The translations under genes and the position numbers were made by a program. This document shows positions 40,922-49,921 of a DNA stretch of 64,000 bases, piece after piece. The DNA comes from a virus: IMG/VR virus record IMGVR_UViG_3300036770_008700, positions 58,896 to 122,895 of that record, one strand, 5' to 3'. The notes under the pieces were generated by a model. The model worked only from the letters and a program-made list of their open reading frames with translations. It did not search any database and was not told the DNA's origin. The first letter of the stretch is position 1. Each line of letters starts with the position of its first letter.

Positions 40922-41254
40922 TTAGTTTAGAGTTGTTTTACCAAACAAGCCCAACTTAAACAATGCAGCGACAAAAGCTTCCTCGCTGTGAGATGGAATG
41001 TATCCATCATATTTTTCCTTAAAGTTGGAAACAATCAATTCCATATACTCTTGATTGCTTCCAATCTCGTAGGTTTGATAGTTTCTTTCACGAATATATG
41101 TGATCAAATCCTTTGCGTTGGTGAATTCAATTACATCACGGTCATAATCATTCCGACCGTAAATAACAACAACGTCACCGGTCTTTACAACTTGCTGTGT
41201 TTGCATCTTAGAATCCTTCCTATTCTTCATGGCTATCACTTGATGCTTTCGCAT
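40922..41254 (-). CDS. Hypothetical protein
   Basis: True start probably MQTQQ after AAGGA. Confidence 0.55.
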   Translation of the reverse strand: MRKHQVIAMKNRKDSKMQTQQVVKTGDVVVIYGRNDYDRDVIEFTNAKDLITYIRERNYQTYEIGSNQEYMELIVSNFKEKYDGYIPSHSEEAFVAALFKLGLFGKTTLN

Positions 41255-41469
41255 CTCAAAAGACGCTTGATTGGAATTAATTCATAATCATTCGTAACAC
41301 TGTCATACACAACAAATGTTTGCTTGTTTTTATCAACTTCACAAACAACACCTATACAACTTATCTTGTGTGTAAAAGCAAACTTGTAACGCTTGCCAAC
41401 GAACAAAGTGTCAAACAATCGTACACTGTTATTGTTCGTGCTGCTAATACATAGTGTGCTCGGTTTCAT
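41236..41469 (-). CDS. Hypothetical protein
   Basis: 77 aa in operon. Confidence 0.5.
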   Translation of the reverse strand: MKPSTLCISSTNNNSVRLFDTLFVGKRYKFAFTHKISCIGVVCEVDKNKQTFVVYDSVTNDYELIPIKRLLRCESIK

Positions 41470-41499
41470 TTTACTCTTGTTTTCTAGTTATTTTTGAAT

Positions 41500-41694
41500 T
41501 TAATCCCAACAATCACGAAGATCCTCGACATAAGATTCATTTTCAATGAATTCAAGCTCGTTTTCATATTCTTCAAGATATTCACGCTGAATGTTACGTT
41601 GACCACCACGAGGCTCGTTGGTAGATCGTGCATGAATACCACCATTACGGTTCCAAGCACTAACAGCAATCCAGTTCCTCACTTTGTACCTCAT
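41500..41694 (-). CDS. Small early protein, basic N-terminus and acidic C-terminus
   Basis: 6 nt downstream of a -10 box. Confidence 0.65.
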   Translation of the reverse strand: MRYKVRNWIAVSAWNRNGGIHARSTNEPRGGQRNIQREYLEEYENELEFIENESYVEDLRDCWD

Positions 41695-41700
41695 ATCCTT

Positions 41701-41729
41701 ATAATACCAACCTTTATGAATAATCTAAA
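41701..41729 (-). promoter_or_regulatory. Sigma70-like early promoter
   Basis: TTTAGA-17-TATTAT with extended TG. Confidence 0.75.
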
Positions 41730-41736
41730 CTATATT

Positions 41737-42030
41737 TTACTGAATAAGATCAAACAGCATGATGTGTGAGTCGTCTATCTCTATCCATCCAATATTTCCC
41801 TCATAATCAAGTACTTTCTTCAAAACTTCATGTTCTTCAAGTATAATAAGGTATGTGTTTTCTGGGATGATAGTGATATTGCAGTTGTATTTTGAGTTAT
41901 AATAAGCTGCCCACCAAGCTGCTGCTGATCGTTGTGGCAAAGCAGGTCCAGGCAATGCCTCAACAGCCATTTCCATTGAAGGATAAAGGAGCCAAAAACA
42001 CTTGGTTATGTATAAGCCACCTATTACCAC
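41737..42030 (-). CDS. SH3-like paralog
   Basis: IGGLY...LIILEE...KVLDYEGNIGW. Confidence 0.6.
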   Translation of the reverse strand: MVIGGLYITKCFWLLYPSMEMAVEALPGPALPQRSAAAWWAAYYNSKYNCNITIIPENTYLIILEEHEVLKKVLDYEGNIGWIEIDDSHIMLFDLIQ

Positions 42031-42317
42031 TAATAATAAGTATCTTTTACTAAATGAAAGTCTTTGCTTCCTGATTCATGTAAACTAATCCATCCAACAA
42101 TTCCACACGTCGTAAGAATCTTTTTATAGTTTCCATCTTCTTCAATCAAAACAACATAACTGCCTTTTATTGCAAGACGAGTTTTGTCACAAAACTCAGC
42201 CATAAACTGATTCCAGGTAGCCAAATCAAAATTTCTACATTTAGCAGCTAAATCCTTCGAAGGATAAACAACCCAACTATTAGAGTTAATCAAATACATC
42301 CCACCAATTTTATTCAT
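42030..42317 (-). CDS. SH3-like paralog
   Basis: IGGMY...VVLIEE...KILTTCGIVGW. Confidence 0.6.
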   Translation of the reverse strand: MNKIGGMYLINSNSWVVYPSKDLAAKCRNFDLATWNQFMAEFCDKTRLAIKGSYVVLIEEDGNYKKILTTCGIVGWISLHESGSKDFHLVKDTYY

Positions 42318-43345
42318 GAAATCACTCCACCTCCAATAACTTCATCACCACGATAAAACACACAACTCTGACCTTTAGCTGCTCCAAACACAGCACTGCC
42401 AAGAGTAACGTGCAAACCATTTTCAGAAGCCCTAATAGCCTCTACAGTGACAGGAGATGAGTGATACCGGGTAACTGCCACAACCCCATTTACATCGCCT
42501 TCAAAATCAATCCTAGCGTTTGTAAGAAACATGTTGCGAGTGCTAGCTTGCTCCCGTGAACCAACTACCACGTTTCCAGTAGAAGGTACAACGTTAAGCA
42601 CATAACGACTACCACCACTACCACCAACACTAGCTCGTTGACCAGTAACATACTTCGTAAATCCGTTGTGCCTGCCTACAACGTTTCCATCAACATCAAC
42701 AAAATCACCAGAAGAGGAAACAACATCGTTTCTATCCAAAAACTCTTGCTTGGTTCCTCCACCAAGAAAACACAAATCCGTTGAATCCTTCTTGTCAGCA
42801 ACGTGTAAGCCAAACTCACGGGCAAGAGCCCTAGTGTCATCTTTGCTATCAAAATCTCCAAGGGGAAACAAAAGTCTTGAAACAACCGCTGCTGGAGTCT
42901 CCCATAGAAAGTAACTCTGATCCTTCTTGAGATTTTTTGCTTTCGTGATTCGTCCATTTCTCACCCTCGCATAATGTCCAGTAGCAATATACTCACAACC
43001 AAAATGATTGGCAACAGCAGCCAATACAGGAAGCTTAATCGTGCTATTGCAAGTTACACATGGATTGTATGCAATACCTTGCTTGGCACCATCAATGTAA
43101 CGATCAATAACATTCTTCTTAAATACCTGCTTCCAGTTTGTTACAAGATATTCAATGCCCATCTTGTCGCAAACCATGCGAGCATCACGAATGTCTTTGA
43201 ATGTGCAGCAACCTTCACCTTCATCACTGTCAAGAGTTTCCAGAAGCTTTAGTGTGTAACCATATACTTCATGCCCTTGTCGCTTAAGCAATCCAGCAAC
43301 AACAGCAGAATCAACTCCACCAGAAAGACCAACAAGAACCCTCAT
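42314..43345 (-). CDS. mnmA: tRNA U34 2-thiouridylase MnmA
   Basis: SGGVDS, GCC, NPCVTCN, ATGHYA, KDQSYFL, KKDSTDLCF, TGQR, GQSCVFY...GGG. Confidence 0.93.
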   Translation of the reverse strand: MRVLVGLSGGVDSAVVAGLLKRQGHEVYGYTLKLLETLDSDEGEGCCTFKDIRDARMVCDKMGIEYLVTNWKQVFKKNVIDRYIDGAKQGIAYNPCVTCNSTIKLPVLAAVANHFGCEYIATGHYARVRNGRITKAKNLKKDQSYFLWETPAAVVSRLLFPLGDFDSKDDTRALAREFGLHVADKKDSTDLCFLGGGTKQEFLDRNDVVSSSGDFVDVDGNVVGRHNGFTKYVTGQRASVGGSGGSRYVLNVVPSTGNVVVGSREQASTRNMFLTNARIDFEGDVNGVVAVTRYHSSPVTVEAIRASENGLHVTLGSAVFGAAKGQSCVFYRGDEVIGGGVIS

Positions 43346-43367
43346 ACTTCCTTTACTCCTCTTAATA

Positions 43368-43396
43368 AGAGTATCAGATTTAAAATGGATTATAAA
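43368..43396 (-). promoter_or_regulatory. Sigma70-like promoter of mnmA
   Basis: TTTATA-17-TACTCT with extended TG; GAGGAG RBS. Confidence 0.7.
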
Positions 43397-43401
43397 GGCT
43401 A

Positions 43402-43797
43402 TTATCTATGTGGCTTTAGTGTGGATTTAGTTTGAAAGCAATCTGCGCAACAGGTTAGTATCCAACCCCTTATTGCTTGTAACTTTGAATTATCTTTAGT
43501 ACCACAAATAGAACATGTTTTTAACGACATATTCTCGTATTTGCGAATTGTGTATAAGATAGGATATACGGGCTCGTCGTTGATAAACCCACCCTCATAA
43601 TACACTCTTAAACCACCATACTTTTCCTTAACTTGTGAAAACACAACTGGCTCATATTGAGGAATTTGATACAAAGTTTCACATTTGATTATATCCATGC
43701 ACAAGTCATTGACTAGATCTTTCCAGCCTTCTGGCACATTCATATAATCTAGCTTTTCAAACAAAGCAGGAAACTTTTGTTTAAATTCCTCAAACAT
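43402..43797 (-). CDS. Phage hypothetical protein with C-terminal Zn ribbon
   Basis: GWKDLV; QVKEKYGGLRVY; CSICG...CADC. Confidence 0.7.
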   Translation of the reverse strand: MFEEFKQKFPALFEKLDYMNVPEGWKDLVNDLCMDIIKCETLYQIPQYEPVVFSQVKEKYGGLRVYYEGGFINDEPVYPILYTIRKYENMSLKTCSICGTKDNSKLQAIRGWILTCCADCFQTKSTLKPHR

Positions 43798-43823
43798 GAG
43801 TTTAACCTATACTAAATGGGGTT

Positions 43824-43997
43824 TTATTGTTCTACTGCTGCGTCTTGCACTGGTTGCACTGCTGCATCTACTGATGCTTCTGCTGTTACAGTTGCATCTG
43901 TACCTGCTTCTGTTGCAGTTTGTGATTTACATGAATTGCAAACTGTTGCAGTTAGTGCGAGTGTGATAGCTAGAACGATTGAACGAATGTTAAACAT
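43824..43997 (-). CDS. Small secreted/lipoprotein-like protein (57 aa)
   Basis: AAGGAG RBS; signal peptide MFNIRSIVLAITLALTATVC; own promoter TTGGCA-17-TAGCAT (44035-44063). Confidence 0.65.
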   Translation of the reverse strand: MFNIRSIVLAITLALTATVCNSCKSQTATEAGTDATVTAEASVDAAVQPVQDAAVEQ

Positions 43998-44091
43998 GAT
44001 TGATTTCTCCTTGTTGCCTTTACTGGCATTTATTATGCTATCATAGTCATAATCAAATGCCAATATATTTATGTGTAAAGAAAGGTTAGTT

Positions 44092-44394
44092 ATGAAAAAA
44101 TATATCAGAGAAAATACTGCTGCTCCTGCGGTGGCAACACCTGCTGCGCCTGCTTCAACAACAACAAAGGCTGTAGATAAAGCACTTGGAGCTAATAAAG
44201 CAACACAAACAGCTTTCGGCAAAGTAGACAATGTTCCAAAAGCAAAAGATGCAATAATGGTTACAATAAATAACTTAAAAGATGTAGGTAATGAAGAGAA
44301 AATCAGAGCATTAGGACTAGCAATAAAAGATTTGAAGCAACTCAACGAATCTTTTAATTCGGTTGATCATTTCATTGACTATTTGTTTGAGTGA
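44092..44394 (+). CDS. Putative internal head protein
   Basis: MKKYIRE start; TATTTA at 44066; C-terminus LNESF...DYLFE. Confidence 0.6.
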   Translation: MKKYIRENTAAPAVATPAAPASTTTKAVDKALGANKATQTAFGKVDNVPKAKDAIMVTINNLKDVGNEEKIRALGLAIKDLKQLNESFNSVDHFIDYLFE

Positions 44395-44673
44395 TTATCG
44401 TTTGTAAAGCGGCAACAAGTACTCACAAATAAAATCGCTTACAACCAAAACACGATATATCTCTTTGGAGGAATCAATACGATAAACAATCTCGACAAGT
44501 TCGTTGTCATACTTCTTTATGAAAGTAACTTCTGCACCTTTAGGCACACGAGTTGAAGTTAATTCGTTTGAATGTGAATACTCAGGTTGCCTAACAGGCA
44601 AACAAGGAATATACTCAACAGTTTGAGTAACCATGTACTTGCGCCAATTAAAAACAGGCTCCTTGATTGCCAT
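44395..44673 (-). CDS. Small beta-rich protein (distant SH3-like paralog)
   Basis: Start MAIKEP with AAGGAG; promoter TTGAGA-17-TATCCT at 44699-44727. Confidence 0.55.
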   Translation of the reverse strand: MAIKEPVFNWRKYMVTQTVEYIPCLPVRQPEYSHSNELTSTRVPKGAEVTFIKKYDNELVEIVYRIDSSKEIYRVLVVSDFICEYLLPLYKR

Positions 44674-44748
44674 GATTGCTTGTTGCTCCTTCAAACATAG
44701 GATAACACAAAACAATCAAAATCTCAAGCAATTATTTTATGGCTTAAA

Positions 44749-45162
44749 TCAAGCTGCTGGAGCGGCTGGTGTTGGTGCAGGAGCGGGCGGTGCTGCTTCG
44801 GGTGCAGGTTCAGTTGGTGGTGGTGCACCACCTTCGGGAGTTGTTGCCATACTTACAGGAATTTGATTTTGAACAACAGCACCAATGTTGCGAAGTTGTT
44901 GGTTGAGCTTAATCTTTTCTTCTGGTGCCATTGATTTGAAAAGTGTTGTAAGCTTACCATAAACTTCTGGGTCTTGAAAGCTTTTACCAGAACGAATTGT
45001 ATTAAACCGATCAAGAATGTGATCAAGAGTTATTGCCTCTCCGGTTTCTTCATCTGTTGGAACATTTTCTGCTGGTGCAGCAGCAGCTTGTTCAGCTTGT
45101 TCCTTAAGAGTTTTAGCGGCTTCAAACAAAGATAATGCAAGAATGTTTTTTCGCATGGACAT
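44749..45162 (-). CDS. Late protein with Pro/Ala-rich tail
   Basis: LSLFEAA...LKEQ; FNTIRSGKSF; TATTTA at 45184-45189. Confidence 0.65.
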   Translation of the reverse strand: MSMRKNILALSLFEAAKTLKEQAEQAAAAPAENVPTDEETGEAITLDHILDRFNTIRSGKSFQDPEVYGKLTTLFKSMAPEEKIKLNQQLRNIGAVVQNQIPVSMATTPEGGAPPPTEPAPEAAPPAPAPTPAAPAA

Positions 45163-45182
45163 AATGAGTTATTCTCCAACTT

Positions 45183-45599
45183 CTAAATATACTTCTTAAG
45201 AGAAAGATGCACGTTTGCTGTTGTAGCGTTTAAATCTTTTCCCAAGATACGTTTGATGGCAATAGGGCCGCTAGCAACCTTATACGCTCGTTCAGCAGTT
45301 CTAATTTCCAAGTAAGAGATTTCCTCAAACCTGTTTTCTAACAGCCAAACATAATCATTTAAAAGCATTGTTCCAACAAGCTTTAGCTTTATATCGCAAA
45401 CAACAAACAAACTTGTTTGAATAGGAATAGTTGGATATTCGTTGCTAAAATAAACAAGAACATTTACCGGTTCAACAACTGGTATTGCTTCTGTTGTTGC
45501 TTTGGTTGAACTACTAAATCCAGTTTCTTCGATATCCTCTGGAACGTCGTCGCTTACAAGCATACGAGAACCATCTTTATTTACGATGAATTTTGCCAT
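45183..45599 (-). CDS. Hypothetical protein
   Basis: GAGGTG RBS. Confidence 0.6.
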   Translation of the reverse strand: MAKFIVNKDGSRMLVSDDVPEDIEETGFSSSTKATTEAIPVVEPVNVLVYFSNEYPTIPIQTSLFVVCDIKLKLVGTMLLNDYVWLLENRFEEISYLEIRTAERAYKVASGPIAIKRILGKDLNATTANVHLSLKKYI

Positions 45600-45903
45600 T
45601 GATCACCTCTACTGCTTTTCTATCAATTTTGTCAACAAAATCGATTACACTATCATGATCGGCATCAATGTTGTGTTGTATAGAAACTGATAACGATGTT
45701 TTTTCTATACGCATAATGGTATGCACAGTTTTTTTGTGCTCCATATTCAATATGAAGAACATCATTGAGTTGGCGGTGTCGGAAGAGTCAAAGTCAATAT
45801 AAAAATTGCAAAACGGCCCCTCGAAAGTCAAGTTGCGAAGGGCTGTTTTGATTGGCTCAGTTGAGTTGGGTGTGTAAAATAGTTTTGATAGTGAGGAGAA
45901 CAT
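45577..45903 (-). CDS. Hypothetical protein
   Basis: 108 aa in operon. Confidence 0.5.
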   Translation of the reverse strand: MFSSLSKLFYTPNSTEPIKTALRNLTFEGPFCNFYIDFDSSDTANSMMFFILNMEHKKTVHTIMRIEKTSLSVSIQHNIDADHDSVIDFVDKIDRKAVEVINGKIHRK

Positions 45904-45911
45904 TTGGTAGC

Positions 45912-45934
45912 GATTTAGCTGTTGGAGCTAAATC
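45912..45934 (-). terminator. Stem-loop at the end of the 429-aa gene
   Basis: gatttagct-gttgg-agctaaatc perfect 9-bp stem; weak U-tract. Confidence 0.5.
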
Positions 45935-47222
45935 ACTTCTTCTTACCAGCAGCAACCTTCTTTGCTGCAAGTACTTCCTTGGTTGAACCCTTCTTACGTC
46001 CACGCTTGGAAAGCGTGTTAAAGATGTTTTGACGAATTTCCTTGGTGGCAGGAAGGGTGTCAGTAAAATCACCAAGAGTGTTGAAGTTTGTTTGCTTGTC
46101 CTGTTCTTCGAGAAACACATCCTTTGCAGCAGTAACAGCTTCATCACGAAAAAGATCAGCTTGCTCTGGCTTCTTTGCTGCAATAACAATCATACCATGA
46201 ATATCAAACCGACCTTCTTGAGTGTCAAGAACCTTATCGAAAACATCGATTTCAGCAGGATTAATCTTTCCACGATTAACCGCAGTAGAAAACACATCAG
46301 CCCTCTTGAGAGCATCGATAAACTTCTTGTTACCTACCTCACGAGCCTTTTCAAGTTGATCAAAATCCTCAACATCCTTGATATTCTTGGCAGCAGCAAT
46401 ATGTGCATCAACAAACATCTCAGTATACTTCTGAGCAGCATTGGCAACGCTACTGTTAAGCTTGGTAAGATTACTAACAAGCTCCTTCTTTTCAGAAGAA
46501 TCCATATCAGGGTCTTTGATAAACTCCATGATAGCAAGGTTTTGATCGTTAGTAAGATGCTCCATAGCCTTCTTAAGACGATTAACCACACTCATTTCAG
46601 TGGTAGTCTCGGTAGGATCAGAAGAAAGCATTCGAGAAATATCAGCCTTGCTGGTAGCACCAGGAATGATATCATATTCTCCAGCTTCTCCAGCCTTGCT
46701 AGTATCAGCAGCAGGAGCATCAGGCTCAATATGCTCCATGCTCTTAAGCACATCCTTGTCAGAAATATACTGGGTAAGCATATAAGCTACAGGATCAGGA
46801 TGTGTGCGAAGCTTCCCACCCTCTGAAGGTCCAAAAGCTTGACCAAAAATAAGACCACGCTGTTTATTAAGAGTTTCTACGAATTCATCTGGATCATTAG
46901 CAAGAGGCTTAAGAAGCGCAAGTGCTTCTGCTTTCTGTTCAGGCTCAAGATAAATCGAAGCGGTAGTGCGCTCTTTATCTGCCTTGTTAAGAAGCGAAAG
47001 AATACGACGAACAAAATCAAACTTGGTTGCTTCTGGTGTAACTACAAGTGTAGGCACTCCCTTGTCAAGGTCATTCCACATATCAATGTACTTGCTTGAA
47101 CGGTATACCGACTTTGAATCATAACCCTTCTTTTTAGAGGATTCCTTCTTGGCTTCCTCAATCATACGTGCAGCGAACTCATTTCGAACCATCGTGCGAA
47201 TCGTGTTGCGGAGTTGACCCAT
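45933..47222 (-). CDS. Putative late head/core protein with basic termini
   Basis: TATTTA at 47261-47266; QLRNTIRTMVRNE; KRGRKKG...AGKKK tail. Confidence 0.6.
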   Translation of the reverse strand: MGQLRNTIRTMVRNEFAARMIEEAKKESSKKKGYDSKSVYRSSKYIDMWNDLDKGVPTLVVTPEATKFDFVRRILSLLNKADKERTTASIYLEPEQKAEALALLKPLANDPDEFVETLNKQRGLIFGQAFGPSEGGKLRTHPDPVAYMLTQYISDKDVLKSMEHIEPDAPAADTSKAGEAGEYDIIPGATSKADISRMLSSDPTETTTEMSVVNRLKKAMEHLTNDQNLAIMEFIKDPDMDSSEKKELVSNLTKLNSSVANAAQKYTEMFVDAHIAAAKNIKDVEDFDQLEKAREVGNKKFIDALKRADVFSTAVNRGKINPAEIDVFDKVLDTQEGRFDIHGMIVIAAKKPEQADLFRDEAVTAAKDVFLEEQDKQTNFNTLGDFTDTLPATKEIRQNIFNTLSKRGRKKGSTKEVLAAKKVAAGKKK

Positions 47223-47284
47223 TGTGTTTGCCTTTTCTTTCTCTGGAGTGTTATTGTGATTAAATATCTTGTTACTTTAGATTT

Positions 47285-47839
47285 TTAATCTTGAAACCAT
47301 TCTTGAGTGTTCTGCTCAAAGTCAGTATGGACATACCGGTCATACCGGTTTACCATGCTGTTTGTTACAAACTTATCATTATCTGGCATAAGGTAAATCC
47401 ACGCTTCAACAACATCTGTGCCATTATACACAGAAACAAGTTGTCGTGTATACAATACACCATTCGACTCAAGCATATCAATTTGTTTCAACGTTTGATT
47501 ATCAATCTCGTACAACTCACCCGTTATTGAATAAGAATCGTCAGGGCCAATAGTCACAGCAGGAAACGAACCATGCAAAGGATGCATACAAAAATTGTGC
47601 TGCACTGTTACAGCGGTTCCAATAAACGTTGAATGTTCCAGAAACCTATGATTACCGAAACCACGCTTGAGCGAACCATACACAAAAACCATGTGCTTAG
47701 ATGGATACATGGCTTCAACCTCTGCATCGCTCATACTAAGCATCATTTCCATGGCTTCTTGGGTATGCTCGTCACACCACGAAAGAAACTCAGAATCGTT
47801 TGACAACTCTTGCATCAACTGCTCGTCGTCGTTCAACAT
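47285..47839 (-). CDS. Gamma-glutamylcyclotransferase (AIG2-like) with acidic N-terminal extension
   Basis: VFVYGSLKRG..NH; GELYEI; IDMLE; AWIY; start MLNDD. Confidence 0.85.
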   Translation of the reverse strand: MLNDDEQLMQELSNDSEFLSWCDEHTQEAMEMMLSMSDAEVEAMYPSKHMVFVYGSLKRGFGNHRFLEHSTFIGTAVTVQHNFCMHPLHGSFPAVTIGPDDSYSITGELYEIDNQTLKQIDMLESNGVLYTRQLVSVYNGTDVVEAWIYLMPDNDKFVTNSMVNRYDRYVHTDFEQNTQEWFQD

Positions 47840-47845
47840 ACAACT

Positions 47846-47874
47846 AGAATAACATACAACCAGGATAATCTCAA
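47846..47874 (-). promoter_or_regulatory. Sigma70-like promoter, likely leaderless transcript
   Basis: TTGAGA-17-TATTCT with TG; ATG 6 nt downstream. Confidence 0.75.
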
Positions 47875-47930
47875 GGTTATTTTTCTTTTTTTGTTTTTGC
47901 TGTAAAATAAGGGGTTCTATGAAATAGAAA

Positions 47931-47948
47931 GGCCCCAATAAAGGGGCC
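47931..47948 (-). terminator. Intrinsic terminator after recA-C
   Basis: ggcccc/ggggcc stem followed by TTTCTATTT on minus. Confidence 0.75.
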
Positions 47949-47975
47949 AGATCTAAAATATGATGTGTAAAAGTG

Positions 47976-49010
47976 CTAGTCTAGCAAAAGACTTTTTCCA
48001 GTTTTGCCAAGCTTCTCAACCTTAACTGCTTCAACTTCACTAGCATTCCCAAGATCAATGCTCGCAACAGTTTTGTGACTGTCATCACCATTTACCATAA
48101 TAAATGCTGCATCCATTAGGGTGTTGATGTAATCTTCATACTCTGGATTGCGTAAAACTCTGCTCCCAAACTCGCTCTTGTAAAACTTCTCGTCAACAAC
48201 AAATGCTCCAGTTTTATTGTCAATCACTTGAAAATATTTCCACTGAGAAGCACCTTCTACGATAATACGCTTACCTTCAAACACAACTGGGTCTTTACAC
48301 TTAGCACAAAAGTCACGAAGCTCGTCAAAAAGGTTTTCATCCTCTCTCACTCCCTTGCCAAAGTGAATCTCAAAACTAACCTCACGCCATGGTCTTGCAA
48401 CCTTATTCTTAATAGTCTTACAAGTGACGTTAATCCCAATCACAGCTTCTTTACCGTTAATGCTTTGCTTGATTTGTTGACCACCTGTAAGCTTGATACG
48501 TGTTGAAGCATGATATGGAATAGCCATACCACCAGGAGTGGTTGAAGGGTCACCGTACATTGTGTTGTGTGAAAGAATACCGTTGCTTAGATAAGAATGT
48601 TCTCCTTCAACTTCAATGTCAGCAATATCAGTGAGTTCATCCTTAGATTCTATCACAAATTCACGCCACCCAGAGTCGGTTAGAACCACATACGAAGTAA
48701 ATATATTTTTTAGCAGACCAACTTCCTTGTACTTAGCTGTATCTGATTCTTTGGATTTGACAAAAATTTTGTGATCTGGGGAACAAGATAAACTCCTACC
48801 ATTCGATGATACAACCATATGTTCAGCTTGTTGTTTCCTAACAATGTTTAGGACAAGGTTCCACTCTTCTTTTCCTGTTTTTGCATTTAGTGTTTTTACC
48901 TCATAGCCGAGATGGCGCACATCTATTGGTTGGTTAACCTGCATTTTATCGAATTCGAATCCTAATTGACTGAACAGTGATCTCATTGTATTTTGCATTT
49001 TTTTATCCAT
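47976..49010 (-). CDS. recA: Split-intein C fragment fused to RecA/UvsX C-extein
   Basis: Block B SPDH, block F DIEVEGEHSY, block G SHN then T+1; TMYGDPSTTPGG...STRIKL...KNKVARP. Confidence 0.92.
   Translation of the reverse strand: MDKKMQNTMRSLFSQLGFEFDKMQVNQPIDVRHLGYEVKTLNAKTGKEEWNLVLNIVRKQQAEHMVVSSNGRSLSCSPDHKIFVKSKESDTAKYKEVGLLKNIFTSYVVLTDSGWREFVIESKDELTDIADIEVEGEHSYLSNGILSHNTMYGDPSTTPGGMAIPYHASTRIKLTGGQQIKQSINGKEAVIGINVTCKTIKNKVARPWREVSFEIHFGKGVREDENLFDELRDFCAKCKDPVVFEGKRIIVEGASQWKYFQVIDNKTGAFVVDEKFYKSEFGSRVLRNPEYEDYINTLMDAAFIMVNGDDSHKTVASIDLGNASEVEAVKVEKLGKTGKSLLLD
48564..49010 (-). other. IntC of split intein (up to 149 aa)
   Basis: Ends CAC AAC (HN) at 48569-48564, followed by ACA (Thr). 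Confidence 0.9.
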
Positions 49011-49888
49011 TCCTTGAGCGTCTTTTCAACGTTCTGTATGTTATTGACTATATCATGTTCCCAAATAGGAATCACGATATATCCAAGATTGTTTGCCAAT
49101 TCTTTTTTTACTAAATCTCGTTTTATCGACGCAGTTTGTACCGTATTAATTGGTCCATTTGGATATTTTCTTGAACTACAATGCCAATAATCTCCTTGTA
49201 CCTCTAATAGTAAATTTGTTCCTTTTATATGAAAATCAAACCGATATTTTCTTCTATCGGGTAGCTTGAATTCTTGAGTGTATTCAATATTATTTGAGCG
49301 TAGTAAATCTCTTACTGCACCTTCTGGCATGGAGGCAACACCATCATCGGTCGATAGGCACTGGATGTCCTTGTCTCGTTTCCCAAGATTGGTCAAAATA
49401 AGCTTAACTGTTTTATGATAAATTTTGGTTTGTGAGGCGATTGTGCGATAGGCCATCCTATTTTTGGCCATTCTAACTATCTCAGCAACGATCTCCGGTT
49501 CAATGTCTCGTTCTAGCCATTTGCACTGCCATGGGATTCCATTCGGATAAAGCTGCTGCTTATAACGTTTATAAACTCTTGTATTTAGAGGAAGTGCCTT
49601 TTGTACAAAACCATCAGGCATTCCAAGTTCAAGTAACTCTTTCATTTTCATAAGCTCAGAATCACTAAGAACCCTAAGACCAGCTATACCAATATTCGCA
49701 CGCCGTTGCGCAGAATAGGTTCTACCAATCATTGTTCGTCGTCGTTTTTCAATACAAACTTCTGATTGAGCTTTTCCAACCCTGGATTTGTGGAAACACT
49801 CCTTTGAGCAAAAAATACGTTTTGTACTCTTGTGCTTAAACAAGTTTTTGCATTGCTTACATGTATGTTGTGCCATACTAGTAAGCAT
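48983..49888 (-). mobile_element. Free-standing Vsr/DUF559-like (EDxHD-type) putative homing endonuclease
   Basis: CxxC...FCSxxC finger; NUMOD3-like segment; HTH-like; RFDF...EVQGDYWH...RD...GY.VI.IWE; lies between the intein halves. Confidence 0.85.
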
Positions 49889-49921
49889 GAACCAACCACG
49901 ATCTTTTGTATTGGTAGACGG

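Noticed and set aside
43824-44345. 173-aa minus-strand ORF as given
   Set aside because: Its 5' part is the shadow of plus gene 44092-44394; promoter and RBS support a start at 43997
46029-46826. 265-aa plus-strand ORF and the many other short antisense ORFs in the track
   Set aside because: They lie opposite well-supported genes, have no RBS or motifs, and are explained by codon bias
48983-49921. Group I intron interrupting the intein
   Set aside because: Only 33 non-coding nt; no recognisable P7 or catalytic core; endonuclease ORF overlaps IntC
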